The notes below the pieces were generated by a model. The model was not told the DNA's origin, did not search any database, and saw only the letters and a program-made list of their open reading frames with translations. A stretch of 63,981 nt of DNA, filler included, from Phoronis australis (lineage: Eukaryota; Animalia; Phoronida), in assembly GCA_002633005.1 (NCBI GenBank). It is 8 parts of 8 records of this genome, joined end to end, with 100 filler letters (N's around TTAATTAATTAA, not from the genome) between each part and the next. Parts side by side here need not be neighbours in the genome. Positions count along the whole stretch, not along the records: positions 1 to 18,707 come from NMRA01000880.1; 7 more parts are not named here. The stretch is one strand, 5' to 3'. The position numbers were made by a program, and so were the translations under genes. Positions 1 to 12,911 of this stretch are shown piece after piece (position 1 is the first letter of the stretch; every line of letters begins with the position of its first letter).

Positions 1-352
1 AAAGATTAACCAGACTCTGGCTGGCGACTGACTGCCGCGAAGTCGACATCGGCGAGTGTCTCAGTTAACAGGCATCGGTAGAATAATCATGGAATAATCG
101 TAAAAATAATCACAAACCTTACCTTTGTATGAGGTCGTGCTTACTTCCTCTCATAGAAGCACCCTTTTTACGCAATCTCACATTCAGTTAGCACGGCTGC
201 AAGCCATTTCACCATGTATTTAAAGGGCTCGCGAAATCGAGGCTGGTAATCTATCACCACTAGTACACGCACGCCCTCTAGTTATTGTAGATTTTCCGAA
301 TAGCCCCATTGAATATTCCGAGAATTGATAAAGGTATGATAACGTGGGGAGA

Positions 353-615
353 ATTGACCTATCGCAAGCTCTGCCCACTTGCGAAAAGTCACGTGACACC
401 CGACAAAACGAACAGGATGTCAGGAGCAAATACACTGTCGCTAAACGACGTTAACGGTGGAATCGATGAGTGTTTTTGAACTATCCAAAAAAGGTTCGAC
501 AAAGACAACAGGCAATGCTTTTCAGCAGAGAATCCTACGTTTATTATGTGGGAATTTGCGAAGGTAACGATGAATAAATAAGTATTTCTGAGCCAGCGAA
601 AATCAGAAGAACTCC
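353..615 (+). repeat. Dispersed repeat, diverged copy of 46968-47228 (unclassified)
   Basis: Colinear shared blocks attgacctatcgcaagctc, gcgaaaagtcacgtga, gcaaatacactgtcgctaaacgacgtt, ggtggaatcgatgagtgttttt and agaactcc at both loci. Confidence 0.85.
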
Positions 616-2242
616 AAACGGGGTTCACCTTCACCTGATAAATGACAAGGCCACTGATGTGATATGTTCATGTAAAGTTGGTATGTACCTTTAAGTCGAA
701 TTGTCTGTACGATGCCATATATTTTAGGATCTTTCGAACAAAATCAGTGAAGATTCGCCGATATCTTTATTCTCAGGCTGTCGTCTGCTAAAATACGCCA
801 AGTGAAAAGTAGGTCACAACTGCCCGTGGGACTCCCCGAGTAAAGTAGGTCGAGTTGATAGCACTGTTTACGTTTTACTCTAATCCTCGAACGAAATCTT
901 TCGATTAAAAAGCTCAGTTTTATAGCTCAAGTACACTTTCATCTTGTCCAAGGCAAGCAGTAAGCTCCGGTAGGTCTGGGGCTCTGTCCAAGTCAAATTA
1001 ATGCACGTAGTCGTAATTGCGCCATTAAGACATTTCAGTTAGGCTTACCATCTGACGAACTCCGCATTTTTTGTAGTTCCACGTAGCGTGATCATTAAAC
1101 TGTGGTATTGTTACAAAAAAATGACAAGTCTGGTGTAGTGGCAAAAATGGCTACTTACAAAAATAACTCAAATTTCTTTTTTAAATCTTCATAAATCTAA
1201 ATATCAAGTTTTAACAACTTCAAAATGAGATCTCTGTAACTCTACAGGCGAAATGTATACTAGAGGCTCTCAAAAAATGTAATTCAACTGTTTATTTTTT
1301 CGTGACAACAGCTCGAAAAAAGCTTTGAGTTCAGTAATCCAGTGCCCCTCCCTGTGCCGATCGAATATGTATTTTGGAAAAAAATTCAGTTGAACGCCAG
1401 CTTACGGGTATATGAATGACAAATAATGTACCTCTTATACGAAACAAAACGATGTCTGTAGGTCCCAATAACGTAAAAATAGTAAATTTAAACTATAAAA
1501 ACAATTTCGACGGCCTATCGTAGAGACTATAGTGTTGAGATCTAGCAGTTGCCGAGACAAAGGCGGCCATACGAGTGAAACTCCGGAGTCAAAATCAAAT
1601 AAGCCTACACTATAGACACCAAACTGAAAAGTGTGTTTCTTGGAACAAATATATTTGTGTTTAACCTTCGAGTAATCAAGCAACATTGCCAAGTTCAGCT
1701 GCTCGTGTACATGTACGTGGCCGTTCGCACAGTTTGATACATACTGTAGTTTAAACATTTCGACATCACTTTTCGGCTTAGGAGATGCCAAAAAATGACG
1801 GGATATTCTTCTCGAGCTGCATAAAGGCTGTCAGAATTACACACGCCAGATCAACACCGTATCACTATTGTTATCACGCAATTCCTTAAGCTATAGACTA
1901 CAATAAGTTTTACGCGACACCGTATGGAAACGCAGACGAAGGTGCGTCAAGAATGCTGCGTTCTGATTGGTCAGTTAAGCCGTCAGTCGTAATCCTGGCG
2001 ATAGGTCAATTAGGATTTGCTTGTAATATGTGTTGCTTTCCGGATTTGGTCCCGCCTATTCATTGATACGAGAAAACTAGCCTCGACATCTGATCTCTAC
2101 CCTTTTTCTAAATTAGTCTGACTATGGGAAATGACTGAATCGCTGAAAAGGCACTTGCATGGCTACAGGAAAGCACTGCGCTGTTATCGTGACAGACTTT
2201 CAGAGCATGCTGAGAAAAATCGAAAAGGGATATCTCAAAACC

Positions 2243-3473
2243 ACTTTGACCAACTGCTGATTACACAGTCGCCTTGCCAGGCCATGTAACCGGCTATCAA
2301 CACCACAGCCTCTCTTATGTCCAAACAGTTGCATTCTGTCTATTGCATCTCCATTCTCCTGTGACTCCACCTCTCCAAGTGCTCCGAGAATCTCACTCTC
2401 TCCCAATCTGAGGGCGCCCTGTATTGGTGCATTTCACGCTAACGTGTCAGCTTTCTCATTTCCTTCGACCCCGGCATGCCCAGGGGAGAATATCCAAGTC
2501 AGCTTTCTCAGTCCACTATTTTTAAATGCAGCAGCCACTCGGGTTTGAGATATCCCTTTCCGATTTTTCTCAGCATGCTCTGAGAGTCTTTCACGATTAC
2601 AGCGCAGTGCTTTCCTGTAGCCATGCAAGTGCCTTTTCAGCAGCAACCTCCTCCATCTTCATACTAGATGTTGTGAGCTCATATGCCTCACCATTTTCTG
2701 CTACCATCCTGCCATCCACATTGACTACATAGCCCCATCCAGATCTTTCTCCTCTGTTAACCGATCCATCAGTGTACACCACAGCATCTCCCTCACTACT
2801 ATTTTCATAGGCCAACTCGGGAACTTCACTGTTAACTGCACATGCCGACCTCTCACGATACTCTCTGCCCATAGTAATGACAACCCTGGTGAATCTGCTG
2901 GCTGTTTTGTCATCCACCTCCACATAATCTTCTCCAAATCCAGCTCACACAATCTTTCTACTGTGGTCTCCGCTGCAGCCAACCATGATTTGCCACGCTT
3001 TATTCTGGTGCCTTTGGGTACAGCCAACTGATCATGCAAGAGATGTGTCCTGTTTTTAGCCACCCGGAACATTGCCTTCACCTGGGCTAGTCTGTGCCTC
3101 TGTTCAACACTTGAGAGCCCCAGAACGTATCTCATTGCTGCTATTCGGGTGTCCTGAGTACATCCAAGGATAATTCGCATCCCAGTGTTCTCTATCCTCT
3201 CTAATTTCATCATTTGTGTCTTGGATGCTGTGATGATGCCCAAACCATAATCAATGACTGACAATACCACCGCCTTGTAGAAAATCAATAGCTGGCGTTG
3301 ATGTACTCTACAGGTAGCCATGGTCTTTAATGCAGCCAGTCCATGTGCGCACCGCTTAATTAGGTGGTTCACATGCTCTTTATAACTTAACCTCCTGTCA
3401 AATGTGTTCCCCAGGTACTTAAGGCCAGGTACTCTTTCCACTTCTTCTCCCACTATTCTCACTTGTGTCAGGT
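2243..3473 (-). mobile_element. 5'-truncated, frameshifted non-LTR retrotransposon: RT C-terminus plus RNase H (I/Ingi/Nimb-like group)
   Basis: ORF 2725-3507 has LKYLGNTFDRRLSYKEHV and YKAVVLSVIDYG (LINE RT thumb region). RNase H motifs are split over frames: VVYTDGS, MEEVA, VIVKDSQSML, WIFSPGHAGVEGNEKADTLA. Confidence 0.9.
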
Positions 3474-5420
3474 ATAAAAGATGTTCTAAGCTTGTTCTCT
3501 GAAACAAAATACTGCTCTATAACAATCGACCACTCTCAAATGTTTCGAGCAAATTCCTTGAAAATTCTTTTAAACGGCAAGCGTGACCAACGCTTTTGGC
3601 AAGTTACAGGACAACTGTAGGAAAAGACCACCCATCAAGACCCATACTATGCTATTTTTGAAAGTAGGAGTCTTATTTGAAACCTTCTTTTATCACTCAA
3701 GTGGCACACAAATGCTGCGTTTTCAGGTGGCAGAACGAGGATTAGTTTTAATCACCGAAACATTGTTATTCTTTATCTTAGAGACGTTTTTCCATAGCTC
3801 TCGAAATCTTCCTTACGTGGTTAAGATTTTCATGACTTTTTTCTTTTTCTTAAAGTTTTGAAGGGCCATTAAATAATGTAATTTGACCAAATTTGGAACA
3901 TATCTCAGAAGTGGTTAAACGACTTATACACTGTATTAAACATTTAGACATCATGCTTTATATACAGTACTCTAAAACATTGTTAGGCCGTTTCTAAGAT
4001 GTTCCACTGTTGCCTGAAGAAATAAAATAGGACGTATGATTTTTATGAAAAAGCCTAACTTAAATTTGCATGAATGAACACGAAACGATAATTTAGAAAA
4101 ATGTGACAGCGTTTTTGAGATTTTTATCCTGAACATTCATACCATATATAATGTAATTGTAGTTTTGCCACAAAGTTACCTTTTTTCCTCAACTTAACTA
4201 AAAAGATATGGTTACGTAAGATTCTTGATGGTAAATAAAGTGAACAATAAAATCCAAGAGAACTTCCACATTCACAAATTATATACTTTTGCTTAGTAAA
4301 TTTATATAGTTATCTAGTTATTTGGCTAAATTTACAGACTTGTCAGTAAAATTCTACTTAACCTTAAATTTAAGGGAGCTAGATTATTTCCCAAAATATT
4401 TAAGGAAAATATCGCTTCAGCTTTTCTTTTAAATTTTCTTATAGAAAATGGGACTTCACAAAAAGGTATTGAATAACCACGTACGTGTTGGTTAGAACCG
4501 CAAAATATCTTATCATGGGCTCATTTTATGAAAACTGTCTCAAACCTCAAGACCAAATTCGTGGCAGGCTAACTTAGTGTAGTGCCGGCAATTGGGGTCC
4601 TTAAATTGTTTGCCTTAAAAAATTTCATGAATTGAGGTTAAGACACATTTTGGTCTTACGTTCTCCCCATTTCGGTCCAAATTAAGACGGAAAAGGTTTC
4701 GCAAAACGGGCATTAGACGTTTTTGAATTGAGCTTAAGCAAGAAATCGTGCAAAAAGCTTGATTTGACACAAATGCTCACACTTGTTTCCTTTGCGCAAG
4801 CTACTTCTTATGTTTGGCATGGCAGCAGTGATAAAGGGACTTGAATTATATTTATGGCATGCTATACAAAAACGAACGCCGACGTTGGCGGCGTCCTTTG
4901 ACAGATATGTCTGAAAATCGGTGTGTGGATAGACCTCGTCATTGTGCTCTCTGCTGCATGCCATCCGTTTCTCGCCATAACTTACCGTTCTCGAGATATT
5001 CAAAATTTAGTGGTCAGGTGTGACTGCTCTTTTATAATTGACCTATTCTTAGCTGCACTTTAGTGGCCTATGTTCGTGCCAGAGATGGCGGGTTTCATCG
5101 GATTGACTTTAAATACATCTAGTCAGTAGCTCGTGCACTTTTATTTTTGAGCGGAATCAGACTTAGGATGGCTCTGTGGTGGTCACTGTTTTAATGATGT
5201 TTGCGTAGCTCTAGCTCTACTATTCTCAATCGATTTGACCGTGACAACTGCCTTTTATTTTTAATGGTTAATCAGTAACTGTTAGTTGGTGTAATGTGCG
5301 TCGGGGTCGAGGATGTTTTTGATGACGTTGTCTCCTCACCTCTATACTTTCATTCGATTACGCTCCTGAGAGCGCTTAAAATTTATTTCTCAAATATCCC
5401 TTAATGTCTGCAATTTCTAG

Positions 5421-5525
5421 ACAAAGGGCACGACCTATCTCCACATGGCCGCAAGAAAGACCAACAACATCGAGGTGGTGAAATTATTGGTAAACCATGG
5501 AGCAAAGGTGTGGAGGTTGGATGAG
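5421..5525 (+). CDS. Ankyrin-repeat exon (105 nt, phase 0/0)
   Basis: tttctag|...|gtaata boundaries; reads TKGTTYLHMAARKTNNIEVVKLLVNHGAKVWRLDE, fitting the ankyrin consensus G.TpLH.Aa..g..evVklLl..GA.v. Confidence 0.85.
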
Positions 5526-5996
5526 GTAATAGGAATCAGTTCATCGCTTATTGCATCTTTAAGTACTGATGAGTGAATGTTATTGTTTTATGTTGGAGTT
5601 TTCAGATTATCATATTGTTCATTGACGGGTACGCTCGTGTATAAGTGTATGCTCCGATCATACATGTACATACATGTACATTTGTTGGAATGGTGTATTG
5701 CGATTGGAGTTGATCTGCGATTGATTTACTTTAGTTTCAAACCATCTTCCAATGGAAGCCGCTTTAGAAACACACATTTGATGTACAATGTTAACGACCC
5801 TTTACGAGATCTTTGTGATAACTCATTCGGATTATAAATTAGTGTTTGGTTTGAATTCTCGTGTATCTCAAAGAGTCCATCCTTGTTTTGTACTTCTTCA
5901 TTCTGCAAAATACATAGGTATTACATGATCTTATGCAAACGACACTTATTGCGCTATAGCAATTATGGATACACTATGTATAGTATTCTATTACAG

Positions 5997-6059
5997 CATG
6001 GCAAAACCGCATTAGACGTCTGTGTCGAGGATGACAACAAAGTTAAGGGATTTCTTAAG
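5997..6059 (+). CDS. Ankyrin capping-repeat exon (63 nt, phase 0/0)
   Basis: ttacag|...|gtagag; reads HGKTALDVCVEDDNKVKGFLK and continues the previous exon in frame (DE|HGKTALD). Confidence 0.8.
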
Positions 6060-6425
6060 GTAGAGTGGAGTTGAGATATGTTTTAAGTACTTGACTGTTT
6101 TTTAATGTGAGCTATTAGTGTTTTATACGCAACGATTAAAATAGATGGGTTCCCACACAACTAGCTACGTCATGGTGAATGTCACTGACTATGTAACGAG
6201 TAATGTCGTTGTCTTATCTGTTCAACATAATTACGTCACCTGTATTGGCGACATTACGTGACCTAATGAGCATGAGTCCGAAATGATTTATGCCGCCGAC
6301 AGACCGCTATCGTGCAGACGCTTCAGCCACTGAGCCGTCAGGACCACCTGTCAAACTCAGAGATCCAATCAGACTTAGCAGTGGGCATCGGGCCTATGAA
6401 ATAGTGAGCTCTGTGTTTGACCAGT

Positions 6426-6497
6426 GGTTCCGATGTTTCAATAGCTAAAGCGTCTGCACGGATAGCAGAAGGTCTTGGGTTCGAGTTCCGGTCGGGA
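6426..6497 (+). mobile_element. tRNA-like sequence in an intronic repeat (SINE head or part of a degenerate LTR, about 6192-6525)
   Basis: B-box gggttcgagttcc, arm ctgc-acggata-gcag, acceptor-like pairing ttccga/tcggga; not a canonical cloverleaf. Confidence 0.55.
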
Positions 6498-6598
6498 GGA
6501 GAAAATTTCGGACTTTTGTTGCACACAAGACTTAAAAATGAGTGTGAAGTATACGACCACGTTCAACGTAATATTTTTAACAATTAACAATTATTCAG

Positions 6599-6776
6599 GA
6601 AGAATTGGCTAACGAACAGAAAGAGGAAGGGGCGAAGTTAGCCTCTGTCTTGGACGAAGCGATGCTCGTATTGTCACCAGGGGATAACTGGCATAAGGTG
6701 AAGTTTTCTGGAACATTTCGGAGAAGAAATGGGAATGAGAAGCCTTGTCTCGATGATTGGATCTTTAAATTAGCTG
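6599..6776 (+). CDS. Probable next exon of the ankyrin gene (178 nt, phase 0/1)
   Basis: ttattcag|...|gtaatg; open frame EELANEQKEEGAKLASVLDEAMLVLSPGDNWHKVKFSG...DDWIFKLA, phase-compatible with the preceding exon. Confidence 0.6.
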
Positions 6777-8359
6777 GTAATGTTACTTTAGCGTCAACTA
6801 TTTGTAGTTATTCTCTAAATGTGGTAAAATTATGAAACTGGTCAAAATATTTTCGGAGTGATGGAAACTTTTCTGAGAATCCCTGGCGGAAGTGTACGTG
6901 TTACATGGTCATCAGTGAGGTGAAGGGCCCAGTCTGCAACACAAACAGTTGAGCAATAGGTAACTACTCTATCCCCTATACTATGTAACGGCGCCATTTG
7001 GAAAAGTTATCCAGTTCTCTTCAGAGTTAACAAACAGAAATGTCCCATGCGAAAGAAATGAGAATTCATATACATGGAGTGAAGGGATTGGTCAAAGATG
7101 CCAAGGAAGCGAGATGTAGAAAATTAGTTGACATGACCGGATCTCGATGCTTAAATACCATTAACTAGTGTTCAGGCTCAATATTCTGGTTCACCAACGG
7201 TTAGGGATATCGTTTCTTATAAAGTGAGTTTTCCCACTGTTTATTTCAGAAAAAGCCGGTATGTCCAATGTTAAAAAGGTTGACTAAGTTTTGCTCCCTT
7301 CTTGCCGAACGACACAACTGAACAAGCTCAATGAGCCAACTACATTTGCCATGCTCTGGCGTAAAGCGGATTCGGCCACTCAAATACATGTACGGGTAGA
7401 AGCTACAGGGTGGATCCCATACATGTACCTCCAAATGTTTTTTTTTCGTTTATGAGCCGTTTTTGTTGTCATTTTTGAAGATACTGGTTTCTTCCAAAAT
7501 CAAATCGATCAACAAATACAGGAAATTGAATGTGACGAAAAAAGTGAGCTTGAATCAAATGCCAGTTCCGAACTAACTAACACGAAGCAACTGTCGATAT
7601 TAAACACATGATTATAAGCATGATATTATCGTGGGCACAGTGAATTTGATTTGCCAGTTATTCGAATGTTATAGCTTCTTAGTAGTGCGTGAAAGTGTTG
7701 CTCTGGGTATGATTAATTTATTTCGATTAAAGGACCTTAAAGAAACGCGCTTGCTGATTGTTTAGTAGCTAATGGATCGAAAGGACTTATTTAGCAAGTT
7801 CAGGGCTCATGTGTTATCGCTGATGTACATTCTTAGCAAGCAAGTTTGTTATTAACCGTTATATAAGAGCACATTTAATGAGAGGGTTGACTATATACTA
7901 TAATAAAGAGAAAGGTACACAGATGCAATCCGATATGGTCACTCACCAGGCACCTCCGGAATAACTCAAAGCATGTCAATCTGGGAATAATTTGTGTCAC
8001 ATTTTATCTGCGATTTCAACACCTTCACTGTTTACATTTGTTGACATCAACACCAATAAATAGCATTAGTACCTCCAGATTTTGTTAATTTAATCGGCAA
8101 CATTCATGGCAAAGTTTCTTGGCCGACCTTACGTTAACAAATACGCATGCTCATGAGGCCACTCACATACATGTAAACTTCAAAGGCAAAAGTAGAGGCA
8201 GTGCAAACGGAGAGGCTCTTGGCTTTGATTTCGCTGGTTCCCTGCGTGCCGCTAGGTGTTCAGAGCCAGCATTCAGTTCTAGCGATGATGTGAGCTTCCT
8301 AATGAGTATGTGCATTTAGTTGATGCTGTGAATGTTGCCAATTGAATTAGGAAAATCTG

Positions 8360-8488
8360 GCGTGTGTTCAGTTGCGCTAGCTAAATTCTAGCCAATGTCA
8401 CGTGCTCGTATTTAAAATACACAGCAATATCTCACGTAATCCCGCGAAGTCTTGCATTTTAGCCAGGTCCTAGCGTTACTGAACGGGG
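8360..8488. mobile_element. Degraded MITE, same family as 38810-38970
   Basis: Shared core tctcacgtaatc.cgcgaagtcttgc.ttttagc.aggtcctagcgttactgaacggg. Confidence 0.75.
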
Positions 8489-10303
8489 AAGGGGCTGGAC
8501 GTACTGCAAGCGAAGCAAATGGTCATTCCTCACTGAGGCTTGCTTCTACGAAATTCTACTCAGATTTAACTGGGTTCTCGATTATCTAATGCACACAAAT
8601 TTTCAAAAGAATTAGCAAGTTGAGATTTTTGTGGATTTCTGACGACACTGGTCAGAGTGTATTTTGTCTGCCATTTAGTTATCAGTGACATGTATTGAAT
8701 CAAGCTCAAGCTGGTTTTGTGATACCTTGAATGTATGCGCTAGTTCGGTTTTGGGGGTCCTTTTCAGGGTACAATGTGTCTGTAAAGGGTGATTTGGCGC
8801 TACTCTTCGTTTTAAATTAGATTTATCAAAACTACCTGTAGATCTTGTTTGGCTCAGTTTTAAGGTCCACACTCAATGTGCAGAGAACTATAGTAATCCA
8901 TTTATGTGCATATTGGTGTGGACTTCAATTGCTGAATTAAAAAAGTTTAACTTGGTTTAAATTGAACTTAGACCACGTTTAAAAAACTTGTATTTCATTA
9001 AGGTGGTTTAACATTTATACCAGTGGCCCAGTATCCAGTTTAGTCCTAGTCTTAGTCAGTTTTACTTTCACCAAAGTTGTTGATATTCCTTAGTTCTGTA
9101 TTAAAAATTTAAACCAGGTTTAACTTCGCACAACTGGTTTGCCAGCAAATACATATGTACCTGAAGGCTTTCGCACGTGTATCTCATGCAGGTTAGAAGT
9201 TCATGAACCCATCTTATCAATCTCTATCAAGTATATGACATGAGCACCACTGCCATGGATTTTCGGCTATGTCTAATAACGTATAACTCTGGTGCTCTCT
9301 CAGTTTGTCAAATCCCTTCCTATTTATTTGACAGTCGCTGTGCCTTCTTTTTGTCATTTTTTCGTCTGCCTCTGTATATTTGTACTTCCTTTGTGGATTT
9401 TCCTCAAATTTGACTAATAGGTTTGCAACAGAGAGGCTACGACGCTTTTTTTAATTTCGGACGATCTTAAGTTATTCCATTCCCATTCATAGCCATTTTT
9501 GTGATACTAAAACTATGTTACAAGCACGCCATGTTCGTTGCCGTTGTGGGGGCATTTCAACGCACCTCGTTGCTCTTGCTTTTGTGCTCTAGCGTCCATG
9601 GATCTGTGATAACAGGGTGTGTATGTGCATAGACTTTCTGCACAATCTTAAAAGTATTAGATTATTATTTGAATGACTAAACAAATAACAAATGTCTTGC
9701 TATTTAATTACAGAAAACTAACCCATGAGCAGTGAAAATGCTGACAGCGCCAATGACAATTAACATGAAGAGTTGGACGCCTACCGCTCAGTTGGTTGGG
9801 GAAGTGAAAGAGTTGTGTCAAATTGGAGCAGGAGAATATGTATCCAGAGTGTTAATTTCTTAAGACGAGCATCGTCATTATCTGTGTGTTGGACTTTAAC
9901 TGGTACGGCATTTCACTTCTTGAAATTGCCGTACATATGTATGTTTTTAGACCTTAGTTTTCGGCTATTATTGGGATCGTGAGTGAAGTGGCACTACCGT
10001 TTTTTCTTATACTTACAAGTGGCTAATGTAGTTTCTGTGTGGAATTAACCTGTGTCTCCTTTTAAATATAGCTTTTGGTTAGGCAATCTTTATCATAAAA
10101 TCTTTTGCTTGAATTTTGTTCTTTTCTCAGAAAAGAAATGATTTAAAGGTTTGAGAAGAACTGACAACTCGTTGTTTTTGCTACGGAATAGGTTTGAGTT
10201 AGTAGACCGCAAGACATGCGTTAACACTGGCAACGAATATCTTCATTTCAGAGCCAGAAACACTTCAATAATTTTTTTATCCCATAATTCAACACTCCAA
10301 CCT

Positions 10304-10549
10304 GAGGAGGCAGTGTGGCCTGGTTGATAAGTGCCCGCTTTCTTTACTCGAGGTCGTGGGTTCAAGTCCCACCAGGTCACACTGCTAAACCCTTGAGCCA
10401 GGTTTCTAGCTCCTCAGCTCGGTTTTAACCATATATTAATAAAGCATAAAAATATTTCCAGGTGATCAGTGCAATGGGCCCACATGCAAGGCCTGCGCAC
10501 GTCGTGTACAACGTGTATCAGACCACCTGCAATTATAAAAATTATTAAA
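10304..10549 (+). mobile_element. tRNA-derived SINE with 13-bp target-site duplication
   Basis: A-box tggcctggttg, B-box gggttcaagtcc, AT-rich tail; aacactccaacct at 10291-10303 and 10550-10562. Confidence 0.9.
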
Positions 10550-12823
10550 AACACTCCAACCTCGCCGACCAATCATATCATTTGTTTCATATTTCGTCAC
10601 AGGCATAAAAATTAGGAGGCATAGTTTGCTTCTAGATAGTTGTCCCTATTGTGGTAAAATATGATTGATTATTTACTCTTATCAAGTCCTATTCAGCCGC
10701 GGAGCATTTTCCTTTTATACAACTGCTCTTCAAGACTCGTGTTGCATAATAGATAAAGCTACGAGATCAACTATCTTGCACCTGCAGAGCCAACTGACAA
10801 ATATTTTCAACCACAACAGATGAAGATACAAAGCGAAATTTGAGTTCAGTCGATTGTATCATTTTGCTGGTAAATGATCAATTTTCAATATCATTGTAAG
10901 ATCCCTGTGCTTTATTCACAACTCACGGAAATATGAGCCATTGGGCCATGGGCCTTAGCTCCAGTCTTTTCATCCTGTGACCATTTTAAGGGGGCAACTT
11001 GATTTTTTCTGTATGACTAGATATACCATTAAGCAATTGATACCTGAAAAGTTCCCACGTTTTAAGTTGCACATTTTTTGTAGAAAAACAGTTTTTTGTG
11101 AGTCCAAATGTTACATTATTGAACAAGAGGTAGCGCTAAATCCAACAAAAGACTAGCACAAGATGGCATTTTAGTCGATCACAAGCTCAGAAATTAAGTA
11201 ACTGCAGACCTAATCTAACATGGCGGCTCCCTTAGAGATGCTGTCAATAGATGCTGCATACAATTTCAAGCACTAAATTCCTCCGATTTGCTGAGTTTTT
11301 CGAAAGTGACATGGGCAAAGAGCATTGAGTGTGTGAAAGAATAACTTTCCGTTGGAGATGAAGACAGTAATGAGCATAATGTGTGTCACCAGTTGGCATG
11401 CGCATCAAGTAACTTCATTGATTGGCGTGGCCATGGGTTCCAGGCAGTAGTATCACAAATCATGTTATACAAGCTTACTGGCGTTACAAAGATTGAAAGA
11501 GAAAAGAGGAAAGATTGCAAAACTATAAAGTATGCCAAGAATAGAACGCCCTGATTACGACCAAGATGATGGTGAGTATTAAATTATTCCTGGGAGTATG
11601 ATAAATTGATGCAAGTCACTGAGTCAGTGCCTCAGTAGGAAACAGGTCACTTCATACCCAAATCAACACGTACCCAAGTCAAATTTCAAAAGTATTTCAA
11701 AACTATGTAATTTGGCAAAGCCGTGATTAAAATCAATAAATCGTGCCATCTTTATGCAAAACAACTCAATATTACACGTTGTTTAGTGAATGAAAATGAA
11801 AATTTATTAGTAATGCTTTAGCATGGGTACGAGTTGACTTGGGTGCGAGTTGGCTAAGGCACGAACTGACTTTAAAACCCTCACATGCACAACTCGTAAA
11901 AAGACTGTGTTCCCTGGATTCTGTGTCTGGCCTGCTTGTGTTTGGATCGGTCATCCAGATAATTCACTGAATAATCGGCCCGTGTGATGGCATTCAAATG
12001 CAGGTAGGACACATAATCCAATAACAAGATGAACATTTTCTTCAGTGTACATTGTTATTTTCTCAGTAACAATAACTCTGGGCATGGTGTAAGATATCTA
12101 TCAGAATTATACTTTTTGCAATGTCCAGGAGTGGGGGAGAGGTAATCTCAATATTCGAAGCTCGGCTCAAAAACTGACCAATTGCATGCCACAATTCTGG
12201 TGAAATCACTTGAATTGTGCACTGTGGCTAGGCTTTGAGTCTGAGTTTGGAGATTACACCCTGGGTGATTGGCCATCAATGTTATTATTGAAATCAAATA
12301 GATGTGGGAATGCCGTGCGGTTACCGATGAATATAAATGTGAAATAGACCATAGCACACCATTGACAATGAGGACATCGCTCAAAATGTGGGGATATTTT
12401 AATATATTTTACTACCGACGCTCGTCGTTTTAGTTTAACTATAACTAGTTATTCTGTAATGTAATTATTGACTACCGAATGCCCGAATGCACCTATATCT
12501 GGAGCCCCACCTTTAACATTTTCAAGCTATTTTTACTCTCAGGTTTTGCTAAAAGGCGCATAGGTGCCGGTATTTCAGATGTAGGTGCAGCTTCACACAT
12601 ATGGTTGAAGAATAACAAAGCCCATAGCAAATATTTTTAGTTTTTACTCATTCAACATAATTTGTTGTTGGTTTGCTTTCAAAGTAATTTTGTACAGCGT
12701 TGTTGGAACACTATCTCCAAAAGTTCTACATTTATGAGTTTTTTGAAATAACAAATTTAGAATACTTGCATGATTGTAAATACTTGTGTGCATATCTGAA
12801 ATTGTATGTTAACTTTCAAACAG

Positions 12824-12911
12824 AAATTTGTTTTGAACGCAAAGGGTCCGTTGACCACGGAGACACCAGAGGAAAAAACGATGTTACAGATCATCAGAAT
12901 TGCAAAAATAG
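12824..12911 (+). CDS. Candidate exon (88 nt) of the ankyrin/protease locus
   Basis: tttcaaacag|...|gtgaca; open frame KFVLNAKGPLTTETPEEKTMLQIIRIAKI; no motif recognised. Confidence 0.35.

Noticed and set aside
4819-5017. First exon of the ankyrin gene
   Set aside because: A donor (cag|gtgtga) and an open frame exist, but no recognisable motif, and the ATG at 4819 hits a stop; unsupported.
6426-6497. Functional tRNA genes here and at 10304, 41998 and 60132
   Set aside because: Pol III boxes present, but D and anticodon arms are non-canonical; SINE-like contexts.
11250-11580. Kolobok/Mutator-like transposase (VGDEDS motif)
   Set aside because: Single short motif among stops; insufficient support.
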